A stretch of 49,549 nt of DNA from a virus (lineage: Duplodnaviria; Caudoviricetes). Below the pieces are notes generated by a model. It had not been told where the DNA came from, did not search any database, and saw nothing but the letters and a program-made list of their open reading frames with translations. Shown in pieces: positions 27,801-35,419 of this stretch; within the stretch, counting starts at the first letter, position 1, and each line of letters opens with the position of its first letter. Both the position numbers and the translations under genes were made by a program. Location: positions 1 to 49,549 of the IMG/VR virus record IMGVR_UViG_3300047509_000025. One strand, written 5' to 3'.

Positions 27801-30377
27801 GGCGCCGAGACCAACCGGCCGGGGCGCATCGCCGCGCGGCTTGAGGATGGCGAGGACTTCCTGTTCAAGCCGCTGATGCAGCGCCTAGCGAAGGCCGGGC
27901 ACACGCAGGCGCAACTGTCCGAACTGCTGCACGCGATGCACGCGCACGAGCGCAACGAGCGGGTGGCGGCGATCAACCCGGAGATGCCGGACGGCGGCTC
28001 GGGCATGACGGACGCGCAGGCCAACGAGATCCTGGCGCGCTACGAAGGCGACGGCTTCAAATCGCTGCACCGGCTGGCCGACGCCGCGCGCGAGATCGCC
28101 AAGGCGACCCTGGACCTGAAGCTGGCCTATGGGCTGATCAAGTCGGCCGACCACGAGATGCTGTCGACCATGTACGAGCACTATGTGCCGCTCAAGGGCG
28201 ACGGCGAGTACGGGCCGAAGATCAAGCGAGCGATGGGCCACGAGGAGCGCGACGAGCACATCCTGGACAACATCGCGCGCGACTACGACCAGGCGGTGGT
28301 GGTGGGCGAGAAGAATCTGGCGCGCCAGTCGCTGCTGCAAATGGTGCTGCAGTTCAAGGACGATGCGCTGTGGACCGCGCGCGTGCCGCCGAAGGGCCGC
28401 TACGTGGCCGGCCAGGTGCTCAACGTGATGAAGGACGGCCAGCAGGTCGCCAGCTTCACCAGCAAGCCACAGGTCAGCGCGTTCCTCGAAGGGCTGGGTT
28501 CGGCCGCGGTCGGCCACACGGTGCAGACCAGCGCCGGGGAGCAGGTCACCGAATTCACCAAGCCGCTGCAGGACAACGAGGTGATGGTCTACGTCAAGGG
28601 CGACCCGGTGCGCATCCAGATCCACGACGAGACGCTGGCGCGCCAGCTCCGACCGCTCAACCAGGGCCAGATGAATCCGGTCCTCGAATTCATGCGCACG
28701 GTGAACCAGTACCTGTCGAAGATTTACACCGGCTACAACCCGGCGTTCATCCTGCGCAACACCGCGCGCGACGCGATGACCGGCACCATCAACATGCTGG
28801 GCAACCAGGGCGCCGGCATCGCCGCGAAGGCATGGATGCAGTACCCGTCGGCATTGAAGACCATGGGCCAGTGGGCGGCCACCAAGAAGGTGCCCGACGG
28901 CCAGACCGGCAACTACCTGACCGAGTACCGTATGCACGGCGGCAAGGTCGGCGCTTCGTGGATGAGCGACCTGGAGCAGAAGGGCAAGACGCTCGAAGTC
29001 CTGTTCGACGATGCCTACGGCGCCGCCGGCTACGCGCGCGACGGCAAGGTCGGCAAGGCGGCGCGGGTGGCCGGACGCAAGATCGTCGGCGGCTTGGCCC
29101 ACGTGATCGAGATCGGCAATCAGGCCACCGAGAACGCGCTGCGGCTGGCGCTGTTCATCGCGCTGCGCAAGGATGGCATGTCGCCGGCACTGGCGGCGCA
29201 GGCGGCCAAGGGCGTCACGGTGGACTTCGACCGCAAGGGCGCGCAGACCGGCGCGCTGGGCGCGATCTACCTGTTCTTCAACCCGGCGGTGCAGGGCACG
29301 GCCAACGCGGTCAAGACGCTGGCCAAGGGTCGGCACCGGCAGCAGGCCTGGGCGGCGCTGGGCGGGCTGGCGCTGCTCGGGGTCTACGCCGCGTCGAAGG
29401 GGATGGGCGACGACAAGGACCGCTGGCTGGGAGAAGGCTGGGAGACGCGCACCAAGAACTTCATGATGAACGTGGGCTGGCACCAGTTGCGCGTGCCGAT
29501 CTCGCAGGAGTTCGCGCCGGTCTACGCGCTGGGCGTGGCGCTGGCGGAAGGGCTGCACGGCGAGACGAAGGCGAAGACAGCGGCGCGCGTGGTGTCCTCG
29601 TTCATTGACGCCTACTTCCCGCTGCAAGGCGCGTTCAAGGCCGATAGCGACAACCACCTGCTCGACGCCGCGCTGGCGACCGTGCCGACCGTGTTCAAGC
29701 CGCTGTCCGAGAGCGCGGCCAACCGCAACAGTTTCGGTTCCCAGATCGTGCCCGAGAACGAACTGACCAAGGACCGGCCCGATAACCTCAAGATGTTCCG
29801 CGGCACCAAGAACTCGATGTACGACAAGGCGGCGCAGGGCATGGCGGCGGCCGGCGTGATGGCGGGCTTCGCCGGCCAGTACGAGAATGACATCACCAAG
29901 GTCAGCCCGGAGACGCTGAAGTCGTTGTGGCGCACCTACACGGGCGGGCTGGGGCAGTTCGTCACCGACTCGGTCGGGCTCGCCTCGATGACGGTGGCCG
30001 ATCCGTCCCAGGTGGAAGTGGGCGACGTGCCGATCGTCAAGGATTTCGTGCACGACCAGGACGTCAAGCCGATCCGCGGCAGGTACTACGACTTGGCGCG
30101 CGAGGCGCACGCCGCGATCACCGAGTTCGAGCAGGCCAAGAAGGCGGGCGACGGCGACGCGCTGGACGCGATCTTCAAGGACGACGCCAAGGCCCGGTTG
30201 GTCGGACTGGGGCGGATGGTGCGCAGCACCAACAAGGCCGCCGCCGCCGTGCGCGACGAAGCGGTCGACGTCAACGCCGACAAGCAGATGGCCCCGGCCG
30301 CCAAGCGCGCCGCGCTCAAGAAGATCGAGCAGACCGAGGAGGAGCTGTACCGGGCGGCGATCGAGGCGTTCAAGTAA
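21861..30377 (+). CDS. Large polyvalent ejection protein: SLT transglycosylase, ART-like, GNAT, BECR-like, zincin, ART-PolyVal-like and LPD38-like domains
   Basis: QESRYN..A...RAKGMLQ (SLT); VRLYRAE..YT..LKYADYY; VPKDERSTGTGTALM..L.KFYKRFGF (GNAT); GDITVAYG...GLAHI; LLHEAFH; AFQRWFG.SKVVD.NG.PLVVYHGT..QIKSATGN.GTF; VDFDRKG..YLFFNPAVQG. Confidence 0.88.
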   Translation: MTNPNSFLQSPFDAIAKQDEDDGTLPGQQAVKAAPKLDMPKAAPAADAPDQPEPAATRRAAKTTSYLPPDDLVPLFESAAQKYDVPANVIMALAHQESRYNSKAIGEETQWGRAKGMLQYLDDTAKGLGINQFDAAQSIDGAAKQIRQRLDQGASMIDAVKEHFAGPDRKKWGAKTEAYGREVMEKVGKIGDLMMGSAHAGEQSAAAATDIPKDWVKLTPEQAAEYEAKSASSTVPNPLAPDAKPETSFLDEYVLNPLKRGAQSMKQGFQASGAMYDARQLAAIGKIDKGEKVPDQDDALGYQYMNPAQRAEIKKTMGEAFTVAVKDTTETGKKIAAIPQDPIVAAASNAKSFDEWWKYFKQAPIKFIAQTSMESLPNMVPGLVLGAGTGLAAQATMKAGGVVAGAAGMGAGSYAVDYPSSVMSALQDMGIDTNNPDALAKAFSDPKVMKDVQQKAHAHASVVGALDAVSGGRAGATIVGGKTIAKQAANLGAKTVEQGVLGAAGEAGGQVAQGKKELEWGAIMGEFAGEMAGAPVEIAGAAKLKAQEALAARGADPAAAPAAEPAATAAPAPMAAPSAPASTPSQEAGPLSRSAENAAEQHAGQPQRVVVETPQGAGAGTLSGYQEDADGNFVAQIQGDDGQVHQVTSADGVKITPEAPADSGPLTASLSAAADAHEASPAPVPERPAAAPAEPDYSTMPIEELRGRMKYIAEQAKASGGWNKRFIDERKKVEREINAKTAGAQADSKLAEEPLSAGPFDDMKAANKMALRSAESTGQPHEVVEVKGKFKVQPIKETSDAGVPVNVREPGDGRGGSDRDAAVAGTAVGDGPVPARDAGGRPGNAGKPARKAQQHDTTGDAGAGKPADAKPALAEAAQPEWEKNPYTPYKFADRERADAFMVKKQVDPAKFEVVQTGKVRWEVKPKADGTVAEKSNLDAAREKHAKQDEAVRVAAENIARRKAEKEAAAKPIERHDVEIIKETGSSSADINKTMAGLPPVADGHVRLYRAESPTTKFDDVFNADGLGDFKTDQPGERYTPDLKYADYYRQPYGRDAKIHYIDVPQAVADKVKLNDAEYVVDTKIVPAAKKVPDVAPVEAAVDTQVKPKKKAPARGKAADAARTQALADHFTPGNVVKGYGGHDRVLAYTPPDGDGNFSVKVQHVVRKGDAWVVALGTDGRERTHSTMPNERELKAGPVESAPKATGNPMIDNPASWVIREKKTGKVVMETFDRKKVDALNTKKYEAVSIAEHLGSLNQKPAAEQDNTPVPEATVKYSVAGDDQQPDVKQFREAMVEKYPGIRLELFDRGNGDLNLSLVIVPKDERSTGTGTALMNDLTAYADATGKRIVLTPSGDFGGNKARLRKFYKRFGFVENKGRAKDFSIMDAMYRDPEGGKPVLYSVSDDSAATAIADLMAAKEGEAVINRPDVGDITVAYGDAKAGLAHIARRRGAGFMARLPALLRDGSVYEKPGQTGRIFIGTDKDEAVIRLDRDGETKNWLLSAYEKYPDLAPASAKQSSVGQQQAADFKVMSPDEVKAAITTGTIGPVIARLIEHGAIVIHKSVKTLPKEAGKVAKGVQAVTMPDGTIHFVAGSLTNKNARAVLLHEAFHKGAESLIGSKEWANLMGRAGSLYRQSEQSSGRAREFFDRARARVASAKAKGAVTTRMEVEEFAAYAIEEYETARDGMPAAVRKWVDDLIGLVKAWMVKRYGKQVGQVTPAQLSAFAKLAIMDVAAGKRGEMFGPIGELFSMAGSITDTPAFQRWFGMSKVVDDNGAPLVVYHGTDADITEFRTKDNDGQGKEFPLDGAFFAEHPDAANEFGSHKKGTNVIHAYLSLRNPLEREMRDDGEGIDADWRNPMAEQDVITEARTAGNDGVIFRSSLTGERYFVVFAPEQIKSATGNAGTFSPDNPDIRYSVVADVDAPANEDATAEQQGLTPPEQGLLRRVQAAIQDNMNRVKQVQERILEATGRATLGKSDYYGAETNRPGRIAARLEDGEDFLFKPLMQRLAKAGHTQAQLSELLHAMHAHERNERVAAINPEMPDGGSGMTDAQANEILARYEGDGFKSLHRLADAAREIAKATLDLKLAYGLIKSADHEMLSTMYEHYVPLKGDGEYGPKIKRAMGHEERDEHILDNIARDYDQAVVVGEKNLARQSLLQMVLQFKDDALWTARVPPKGRYVAGQVLNVMKDGQQVASFTSKPQVSAFLEGLGSAAVGHTVQTSAGEQVTEFTKPLQDNEVMVYVKGDPVRIQIHDETLARQLRPLNQGQMNPVLEFMRTVNQYLSKIYTGYNPAFILRNTARDAMTGTINMLGNQGAGIAAKAWMQYPSALKTMGQWAATKKVPDGQTGNYLTEYRMHGGKVGASWMSDLEQKGKTLEVLFDDAYGAAGYARDGKVGKAARVAGRKIVGGLAHVIEIGNQATENALRLALFIALRKDGMSPALAAQAAKGVTVDFDRKGAQTGALGAIYLFFNPAVQGTANAVKTLAKGRHRQQAWAALGGLALLGVYAASKGMGDDKDRWLGEGWETRTKNFMMNVGWHQLRVPISQEFAPVYALGVALAEGLHGETKAKTAARVVSSFIDAYFPLQGAFKADSDNHLLDAALATVPTVFKPLSESAANRNSFGSQIVPENELTKDRPDNLKMFRGTKNSMYDKAAQGMAAAGVMAGFAGQYENDITKVSPETLKSLWRTYTGGLGQFVTDSVGLASMTVADPSQVEVGDVPIVKDFVHDQDVKPIRGRYYDLAREAHAAITEFEQAKKAGDGDALDAIFKDDAKARLVGLGRMVRSTNKAAAAVRDEAVDVNADKQMAPAAKRAALKKIEQTEEELYRAAIEAFK
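24259..24480 (+). CDS. Nested (overprinted) acidic 73-aa protein inside the giant gene
   Basis: AAGGAG 7 nt before ATG; genome-typical G/C-ending codons in this frame while the giant-gene frame turns atypical and low-complexity. Confidence 0.7.
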   Translation: MQEYQSMCVSLAMDEEEAIEMLLSLGLLSETDLFLLETLGDDQEMPESLLERLNSTIQLVMLAQANPPTPSLH

Positions 30378-30467
30378 CGCGGCGCGGGGCCGCTTTATTC
30401 GCCCCGCATCACTTCTAATGACCACAACATTATCGAAGGAGAATGAACCATGTCCGGCAGCAAATAC

Positions 30468-30506
30468 TGGTTTGAAATTAGAACCAGAACAGATAAAATC
30501 GGGCCA
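30468..30506 (+). promoter_or_regulatory. Operator pair and promoter of the lysis cassette
   Basis: TGGTTTGAAATTAGAACCA (30468-30486); TTGAAA-N16-TAAAAT; degenerate second box ending AAATCGGGCCA. Confidence 0.65.
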
Positions 30507-30534
30507 CCACCGACGACAGCCACAGGCGCTTTGA

Positions 30535-30888
30535 ATGGACGAAGAGATCAAGACAGCGACCCAGATGGCAAAGATCGCCAAGGACCCCTCAACGTATTCA
30601 GCGATTACTTACGCGTGGGTTCTGGCAATCGCACTGTTGGGGGGCATCGTGCGCATCGTTAAAGAAAAGCAACTGGGCGACAAAAGCTGGAAGCAGATCG
30701 TCGGCATCTTCCTGACCGAACTGCTGATTTCGTGCTTTGCCGGCGTGAATACATTTTTCCTCTGTGAATCGCTCGACGCCAAGCCGCTGTACACGGCGCT
30801 GATGGTCAGCACCGCGAGCTACATGGGCGGGCGCGCGCTGATGGTCGCCGAGGCCTGGTTCTCCACCAAGTTCGGCAAGGGCGAATAA
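30535..30888 (+). CDS. Holin (LydA-like)
   Basis: KDP..Y..ITYAWV....LGGIV, about 3 TM segments, YMGGRAL; precedes the endolysin. Confidence 0.8.
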   Translation: MDEEIKTATQMAKIAKDPSTYSAITYAWVLAIALLGGIVRIVKEKQLGDKSWKQIVGIFLTELLISCFAGVNTFFLCESLDAKPLYTALMVSTASYMGGRALMVAEAWFSTKFGKGE

Positions 30889-30891
30889 GCG

Positions 30892-31512
30892 ATGAACCTC
30901 GACCAGCTCAAGCGCATCATGCCCGGAACCACGCGCGGCGCTGTCTTCATCGGCCCGCTGGTGCGCGCGATGGCCGAATTCCACATCGACTCACGCAAGC
31001 AGCAAGCCGAGTTCCTGGCCAATATCGGCCACGAGACGGGCAACCTGTCCGTGTTCGAAGAAAACCTGAACTACAGCGCCGAGCGCCTGATGGTCGTCTG
31101 GCCGAAGCGCTTCCCGACCATAGCCGCGACGATCGGCTACGCGCGCAACCCGGTGGCGCTAGCCAACAAGGTCTACGCGAACCGGATGGGCAACGGCGAC
31201 GAGAAAAGCGGCGACGGGTGGCGCTACCGCGGGGCCGGCGCGCTGCAACTGACCGGCAAGGACAATCACGCCGAATGTGGCGCCCACTTCAACATCAAGC
31301 CTGCCGATGTCGGCGACTGGCTGCGCACGCCGGAAGGTGCGGCGCGCTCGGCCGCTTGGTTCTACACCAAGCGCGGCCTGCACCTGAACGACAGCTTCGA
31401 CCACATCTGCGACTTGATCAACATCGGCCGCGAGACGGACCGCGTGGGCGATGCAATCGGCTACAAGGATCGGCTTGCCATCCGCTCCCTCGCTATGGCG
31501 GAGCTGGCATGA
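30892..31512 (+). CDS. Endolysin, glycoside hydrolase family 19
   Basis: AEFLANIGHETG, EENLNYSA, YANRMGNG...GDGWRYRGAG.LQLTGKDN. Confidence 0.93.
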   Translation: MNLDQLKRIMPGTTRGAVFIGPLVRAMAEFHIDSRKQQAEFLANIGHETGNLSVFEENLNYSAERLMVVWPKRFPTIAATIGYARNPVALANKVYANRMGNGDEKSGDGWRYRGAGALQLTGKDNHAECGAHFNIKPADVGDWLRTPEGAARSAAWFYTKRGLHLNDSFDHICDLINIGRETDRVGDAIGYKDRLAIRSLAMAELA

Positions 31513-31868
31513 AGATCGACTGGATGCTGACCATCCTGGTGTGCGCGGTCGTGCTGACGATCTACTCGTTCTGGCATGCGCAGAAGAACCCCACTTTCGA
31601 CTTCAACTGTTTCGACCTGTTGATGGTGAACGGAAAGGTCGACAAGACCTCGGTGGCCTTCATGCTCGTGCTTGGCGTGACCACCTGGCTCATGGTCGAC
31701 CTGCAGATCAAAAGCAAGATGACGGAAGCGTATTTCCTTGCGTACTCAGGGGCATGGATCGCGCCGCTGGTCGCCAAGATCGTCTTCGGAAAAACTGAGA
31801 TGCCCGGCACCACGACCACCAGCACCACATCCATCACGCAGGCAACAACTGAAAAGGTCGCGCCATGA
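31509..31868 (+). CDS. 3-TM membrane protein in the lysis cassette (holin/antiholin-like)
   Basis: ATGA-coupled on both sides, GGAG RBS, three hydrophobic segments. Confidence 0.7.
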   Translation: MKIDWMLTILVCAVVLTIYSFWHAQKNPTFDFNCFDLLMVNGKVDKTSVAFMLVLGVTTWLMVDLQIKSKMTEAYFLAYSGAWIAPLVAKIVFGKTEMPGTTTTSTTSITQATTEKVAP

Positions 31869-32476
31869 TCGATATCGGCCTTGGGCTGCTGAAAATGTTC
31901 TGGAAGCCGGTGGCTGGCGTCGCGCTGGCGGTCGCGCTGTTCTTCGCTTGGCAGTCGCACGAGGCCGCCGTCCAGAAGCGCGGCTACGACAAGGGTTACG
32001 TGGCCGGAATCAAGAAGGGCACCTACGACGGCTACCTCAAGGGCTACGGCGCCGCGATCACCGAGCGCCAGGCCGCCGACGACCAGAAGCTGGCCGAAGC
32101 CACTACGAAAGCGCGCGCCGCCGAGCTCGCCATGCAGGAAGAATTCGCCAAGCAGTCGGCCCAACGCCAACAGGAGAAGGTGGCATATGAAAAAACGATC
32201 GATGATCTGCGCGCTGACGCTCGCCGCGGCGACAGCGGGATGCGCCTCCCTGCCGGCACCTGCCCCGACAGTGGTGCGCGCGTACCTGCCGACACCAAGG
32301 CCGCAAGTCCCGGCGCTGCCGGCGGACTACCAGATCCGACAGGAGGCAACGTCGTGCCTGAAGTTGCTGACAACGTTCTCGGCGCCGCCGCCGACCTTAG
32401 ACAAGGTGTGCGGCAAACCAACGAATTGATCCGGCTCTACAACCAGTGCCGCGCCACCGCCAACGCATCACCATAA
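31865..32476 (+). CDS. Rz: Inner-membrane spanin
   Basis: N-terminal TM, periplasmic coiled coil, contains an embedded lipoprotein gene. Confidence 0.85.
   Translation: MIDIGLGLLKMFWKPVAGVALAVALFFAWQSHEAAVQKRGYDKGYVAGIKKGTYDGYLKGYGAAITERQAADDQKLAEATTKARAAELAMQEEFAKQSAQRQQEKVAYEKTIDDLRADARRGDSGMRLPAGTCPDSGARVPADTKAASPGAAGGLPDPTGGNVVPEVADNVLGAAADLRQGVRQTNELIRLYNQCRATANASP
32187..32429 (+). CDS. Rz1: Outer-membrane spanin lipoprotein embedded in Rz
   Basis: MKKR + hydrophobic stretch + lipobox TAG-C; Pro-rich; +1 frame within Rz. Confidence 0.85.
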   Translation: MKKRSMICALTLAAATAGCASLPAPAPTVVRAYLPTPRPQVPALPADYQIRQEATSCLKLLTTFSAPPPTLDKVCGKPTN

Positions 32477-32519
32477 GAAATGAGCGACGCATGAATCGAT
32501 CACGCACGGCGGGAACGCC

Positions 32520-33872
32520 ATGAACCCGCAAAACAGAACATACACGCTCAATGGCGGCAAGGTGTATGCCGGCCGGTTGACGCCGGGCGGAAGTGGCGGC
32601 GGCTCGCCCGGCGCTTCCGGCGTTGGAGTGCTGGTGACTGCGCCAGGCACCGGTGGCGACATCCTGTCGATCCGCCCCGCTCATGGCTACCTGAAAAGCG
32701 TGCATGCGAACGACCTTGCTGCGCTCAACCCATGCCCAGGCGATGCGTGCTGGTATTCGGAAGCGAGCAAGCAGAATGGCCCTTGGGCGAACTGGTGCGG
32801 CGCAGTCTACGCTGCCGATTATTCGCAGTACGGCGCGATGGTGTACTGGGGCGGCGGCCATGGAGGCTACGACGGAACCGAGTTCTATATCTTCGACTTC
32901 ACCACGCAGAAATGGTCGCGCCTGAATAATCCGGTGTCCTACGATTTCCTGCCAGATACCGGCGCCGACTGGTGCGATGCGGTCATTGAAGGCTATCCGG
33001 TCGCCCCGGCGTCGCATACATATGGCGGCCCGGTGTATCAGGCGTCTGCTTACGGGGGCGGAAACAAAGGTTCGTGGGTGCTGCCATACAACGTGTACGG
33101 CGGCGGGGCTGGCTCGGGCAATGGCACGGTAGGCTATCGGCCGCACGCGGTTGATCTGGAGACTGGCGCATGGCGGCGCCTGACCGATACCACGCGTCAG
33201 GCGTACTACCCGTCAGCCGTGCAGGGATCATGTTTCGTAGACAAACACGGCATGCTGTGGGGCATTCAGGGGTCTAGTTCCGACACCCACGTCAAGATCG
33301 ATCTTGCCGCGCCAGGCGCCGTGAAAACCCTGACCAACTATGACGGACACTTTTACACGCCCGGCTACTACTGGTCGTTCGGCTACGTGCCGGCGCGGGA
33401 TTTCCTGGTCATGGCGTACCTGAATTACTCGGGCACGACAGTCAGCCTGGCCATCTATGACCTGGCGATTACAAGCGGCGCTATGGATGTCAACCCACCT
33501 GTAACTGGTGCCCCGGATTTCCTGCCAGCGCCTGGCAGCGGTACCCTAAACGCGTCCGGGTTCGGTTTCGACTACTGCCCGGACAACAACAAGTTCTACG
33601 CCTACGAGGGCTTCGGTTCGCAAATCGTCCACGTCCTGACCCCGCCCGCTTCCGGGAGCTGGAAGACCGGCACCTGGGTCTGGACCACCGAGACGATGCT
33701 CGGCGAAACGGCCGTGGGCCTGATCGGACAGGGCACGCAGGCATTCACCAAATGGAAGTACATCCCAGCGCTGCAATGCTTCGCGTGGTCGCAAGGCACC
33801 CAAATTCGCAATTCACCCGACGGCACGCCACGCGCTGGCGCCCTTCAACTCTATCGCCCTGTAGGAACCTGA
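32520..33872 (+). CDS. Beta-propeller-like (kelch-like) protein
   Basis: WCGAVYA...WGGGHGGYDGTEFYIFDF...WSR, SHTY; Gly/Tyr/Trp-rich blades. Confidence 0.6.
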   Translation: MNPQNRTYTLNGGKVYAGRLTPGGSGGGSPGASGVGVLVTAPGTGGDILSIRPAHGYLKSVHANDLAALNPCPGDACWYSEASKQNGPWANWCGAVYAADYSQYGAMVYWGGGHGGYDGTEFYIFDFTTQKWSRLNNPVSYDFLPDTGADWCDAVIEGYPVAPASHTYGGPVYQASAYGGGNKGSWVLPYNVYGGGAGSGNGTVGYRPHAVDLETGAWRRLTDTTRQAYYPSAVQGSCFVDKHGMLWGIQGSSSDTHVKIDLAAPGAVKTLTNYDGHFYTPGYYWSFGYVPARDFLVMAYLNYSGTTVSLAIYDLAITSGAMDVNPPVTGAPDFLPAPGSGTLNASGFGFDYCPDNNKFYAYEGFGSQIVHVLTPPASGSWKTGTWVWTTETMLGETAVGLIGQGTQAFTKWKYIPALQCFAWSQGTQIRNSPDGTPRAGALQLYRPVGT

Positions 33873-33873
33873 C

Positions 33874-35418
33874 ATGCCAATTTCCCCACCAGTCATCGAC
33901 GCCAGTTCGACGGGCAATGCGCAGTATGCTGATAACGCCACCTGGAACCATACGGTCGGCGCGTCGGCCAACTATCTCAGTGTCGGCATCAAGGAATCCG
34001 GCTCTGCCGACAAACTGGACTCAGGCACCGTCACCTTCAACGGTGTCGCGCTGACCAGGGTGCGGCCCGCCGCAGGCACTGGCGGCCAGGTGTACATCTA
34101 TGAATTGGAGAACCCTGCTGTCGGAACGCACGCTATCGTCGTGGGGTTCGAAACTGGGGCCTGCCAGGCGGTTTGCTGGGCGTCGTCGTGGGTCGGAGTA
34201 GATCTGACTGTTGCGCGCAGCCATACCAGCAGTGGCAACATCAACTCCGGGCCTGACGCGCTGGCCATTACGGGGTCCTCCGCAGGAACGGTCACGCTGG
34301 ACTATATCGGCAGTAATGACAATGCCGCGTTCACCAACCATGTCTCGCAAACATTGCTTGGACAAGGGACTAACGGCACGGAAGCAAATGCCTATCTGGC
34401 CGCGTCCTACAAGGTCAATGCTTCGACGATGAACTGGACCTGGGCGGCATACAGGGAATGGGATCATAGCGCCATTACATTGACCGGTCTGGCCGTGGCC
34501 GACACCACCGCGCCGATCTTGTCCAGCCCGACCGCATCGGCGACCAGCACCACCACTGCGACCGCCACCGTCAGCACCGACGAAGCGAACGGCACGCTGT
34601 ACACGCTGTTCTCGACCAATGCGACCGAAACGGCCAGCACGATCCGCAGCAGCGGCCAGTCGCAGGCGGTCACGGCAACCGGGGTGCAGACGGTCAACAA
34701 GACCGGGCTGACCGCCAGTACCACCTACTACGCACACCACGTCCACGACGATGCGGTCGGCACGCCAAACGTGTCGAACGTGGTCCACTCTGCTTCGTTC
34801 GCTACCCCGGCAGCCGGCGACACCACGCCACCCACGCTGTCGTCCCCGACCGCGCTGAAGACCGGCTCGACCACGGCCACCGGCACCGTCACCACCAACG
34901 ACGGGACCGGCGTGCTGCGCTATTACGTGTCGGCCAACGCCAGCGAGTCGCAGGCGACTCTTCTGGCGTCCGGCACCACGCAAGCTGTCACTGCGACCGG
35001 TGTGCAGAACGTGTCGAAAACTGGCCTGACGCCAAGCTCTACCGTGCGATTCCACTACATGCACACCGACCCGTCGGGCAACCAAAGCACGGTGTGGAGT
35101 TCGGCCACGATCACGCTCGATGCGGCCCCTTCGGGAGGATCGTTCCTGACCAACCAGCTGGTCAACCGCGCGATCGATCCGACTTCCGGCCAGACCGGCG
35201 GCGTGCTGCAGGCAAGTCAGGCGGGCTGGGAGGTGTGCGTGCACGACAACGCGAGCGGCGCGCTGATCGGGTCCAAGGTCACCGGGCTGTCCACTAACTC
35301 GCTCGGCAAGCTTGCGATCAGCAACCACGCTGGCACTACGGCGGGCACCGTGTACCGCCTGGACTACTACAACACCGTGACCGGCATGTTTGGCGTCCAG
35401 CGCGCAACGGCGGCCTGA
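33874..35418 (+). CDS. Thr/Ser-rich beta protein with two tandem Fn3-like repeats
   Basis: DTT.P.LSSPTA...VTATGVQ.V.KTGLT repeated at 34501 and 34819. Confidence 0.7.
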   Translation: MPISPPVIDASSTGNAQYADNATWNHTVGASANYLSVGIKESGSADKLDSGTVTFNGVALTRVRPAAGTGGQVYIYELENPAVGTHAIVVGFETGACQAVCWASSWVGVDLTVARSHTSSGNINSGPDALAITGSSAGTVTLDYIGSNDNAAFTNHVSQTLLGQGTNGTEANAYLAASYKVNASTMNWTWAAYREWDHSAITLTGLAVADTTAPILSSPTASATSTTTATATVSTDEANGTLYTLFSTNATETASTIRSSGQSQAVTATGVQTVNKTGLTASTTYYAHHVHDDAVGTPNVSNVVHSASFATPAAGDTTPPTLSSPTALKTGSTTATGTVTTNDGTGVLRYYVSANASESQATLLASGTTQAVTATGVQNVSKTGLTPSSTVRFHYMHTDPSGNQSTVWSSATITLDAAPSGGSFLTNQLVNRAIDPTSGQTGGVLQASQAGWEVCVHDNASGALIGSKVTGLSTNSLGKLAISNHAGTTAGTVYRLDYYNTVTGMFGVQRATAA

Positions 35419-35419
35419 C

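Noticed and set aside
5020-30581. Long antisense ORFs (e.g. 5020-6936, 18674-20266, 21756-24425, 25383-27662, 27885-30581)
   Set aside because: Shadow ORFs expected opposite high-GC genes; no motifs recognised
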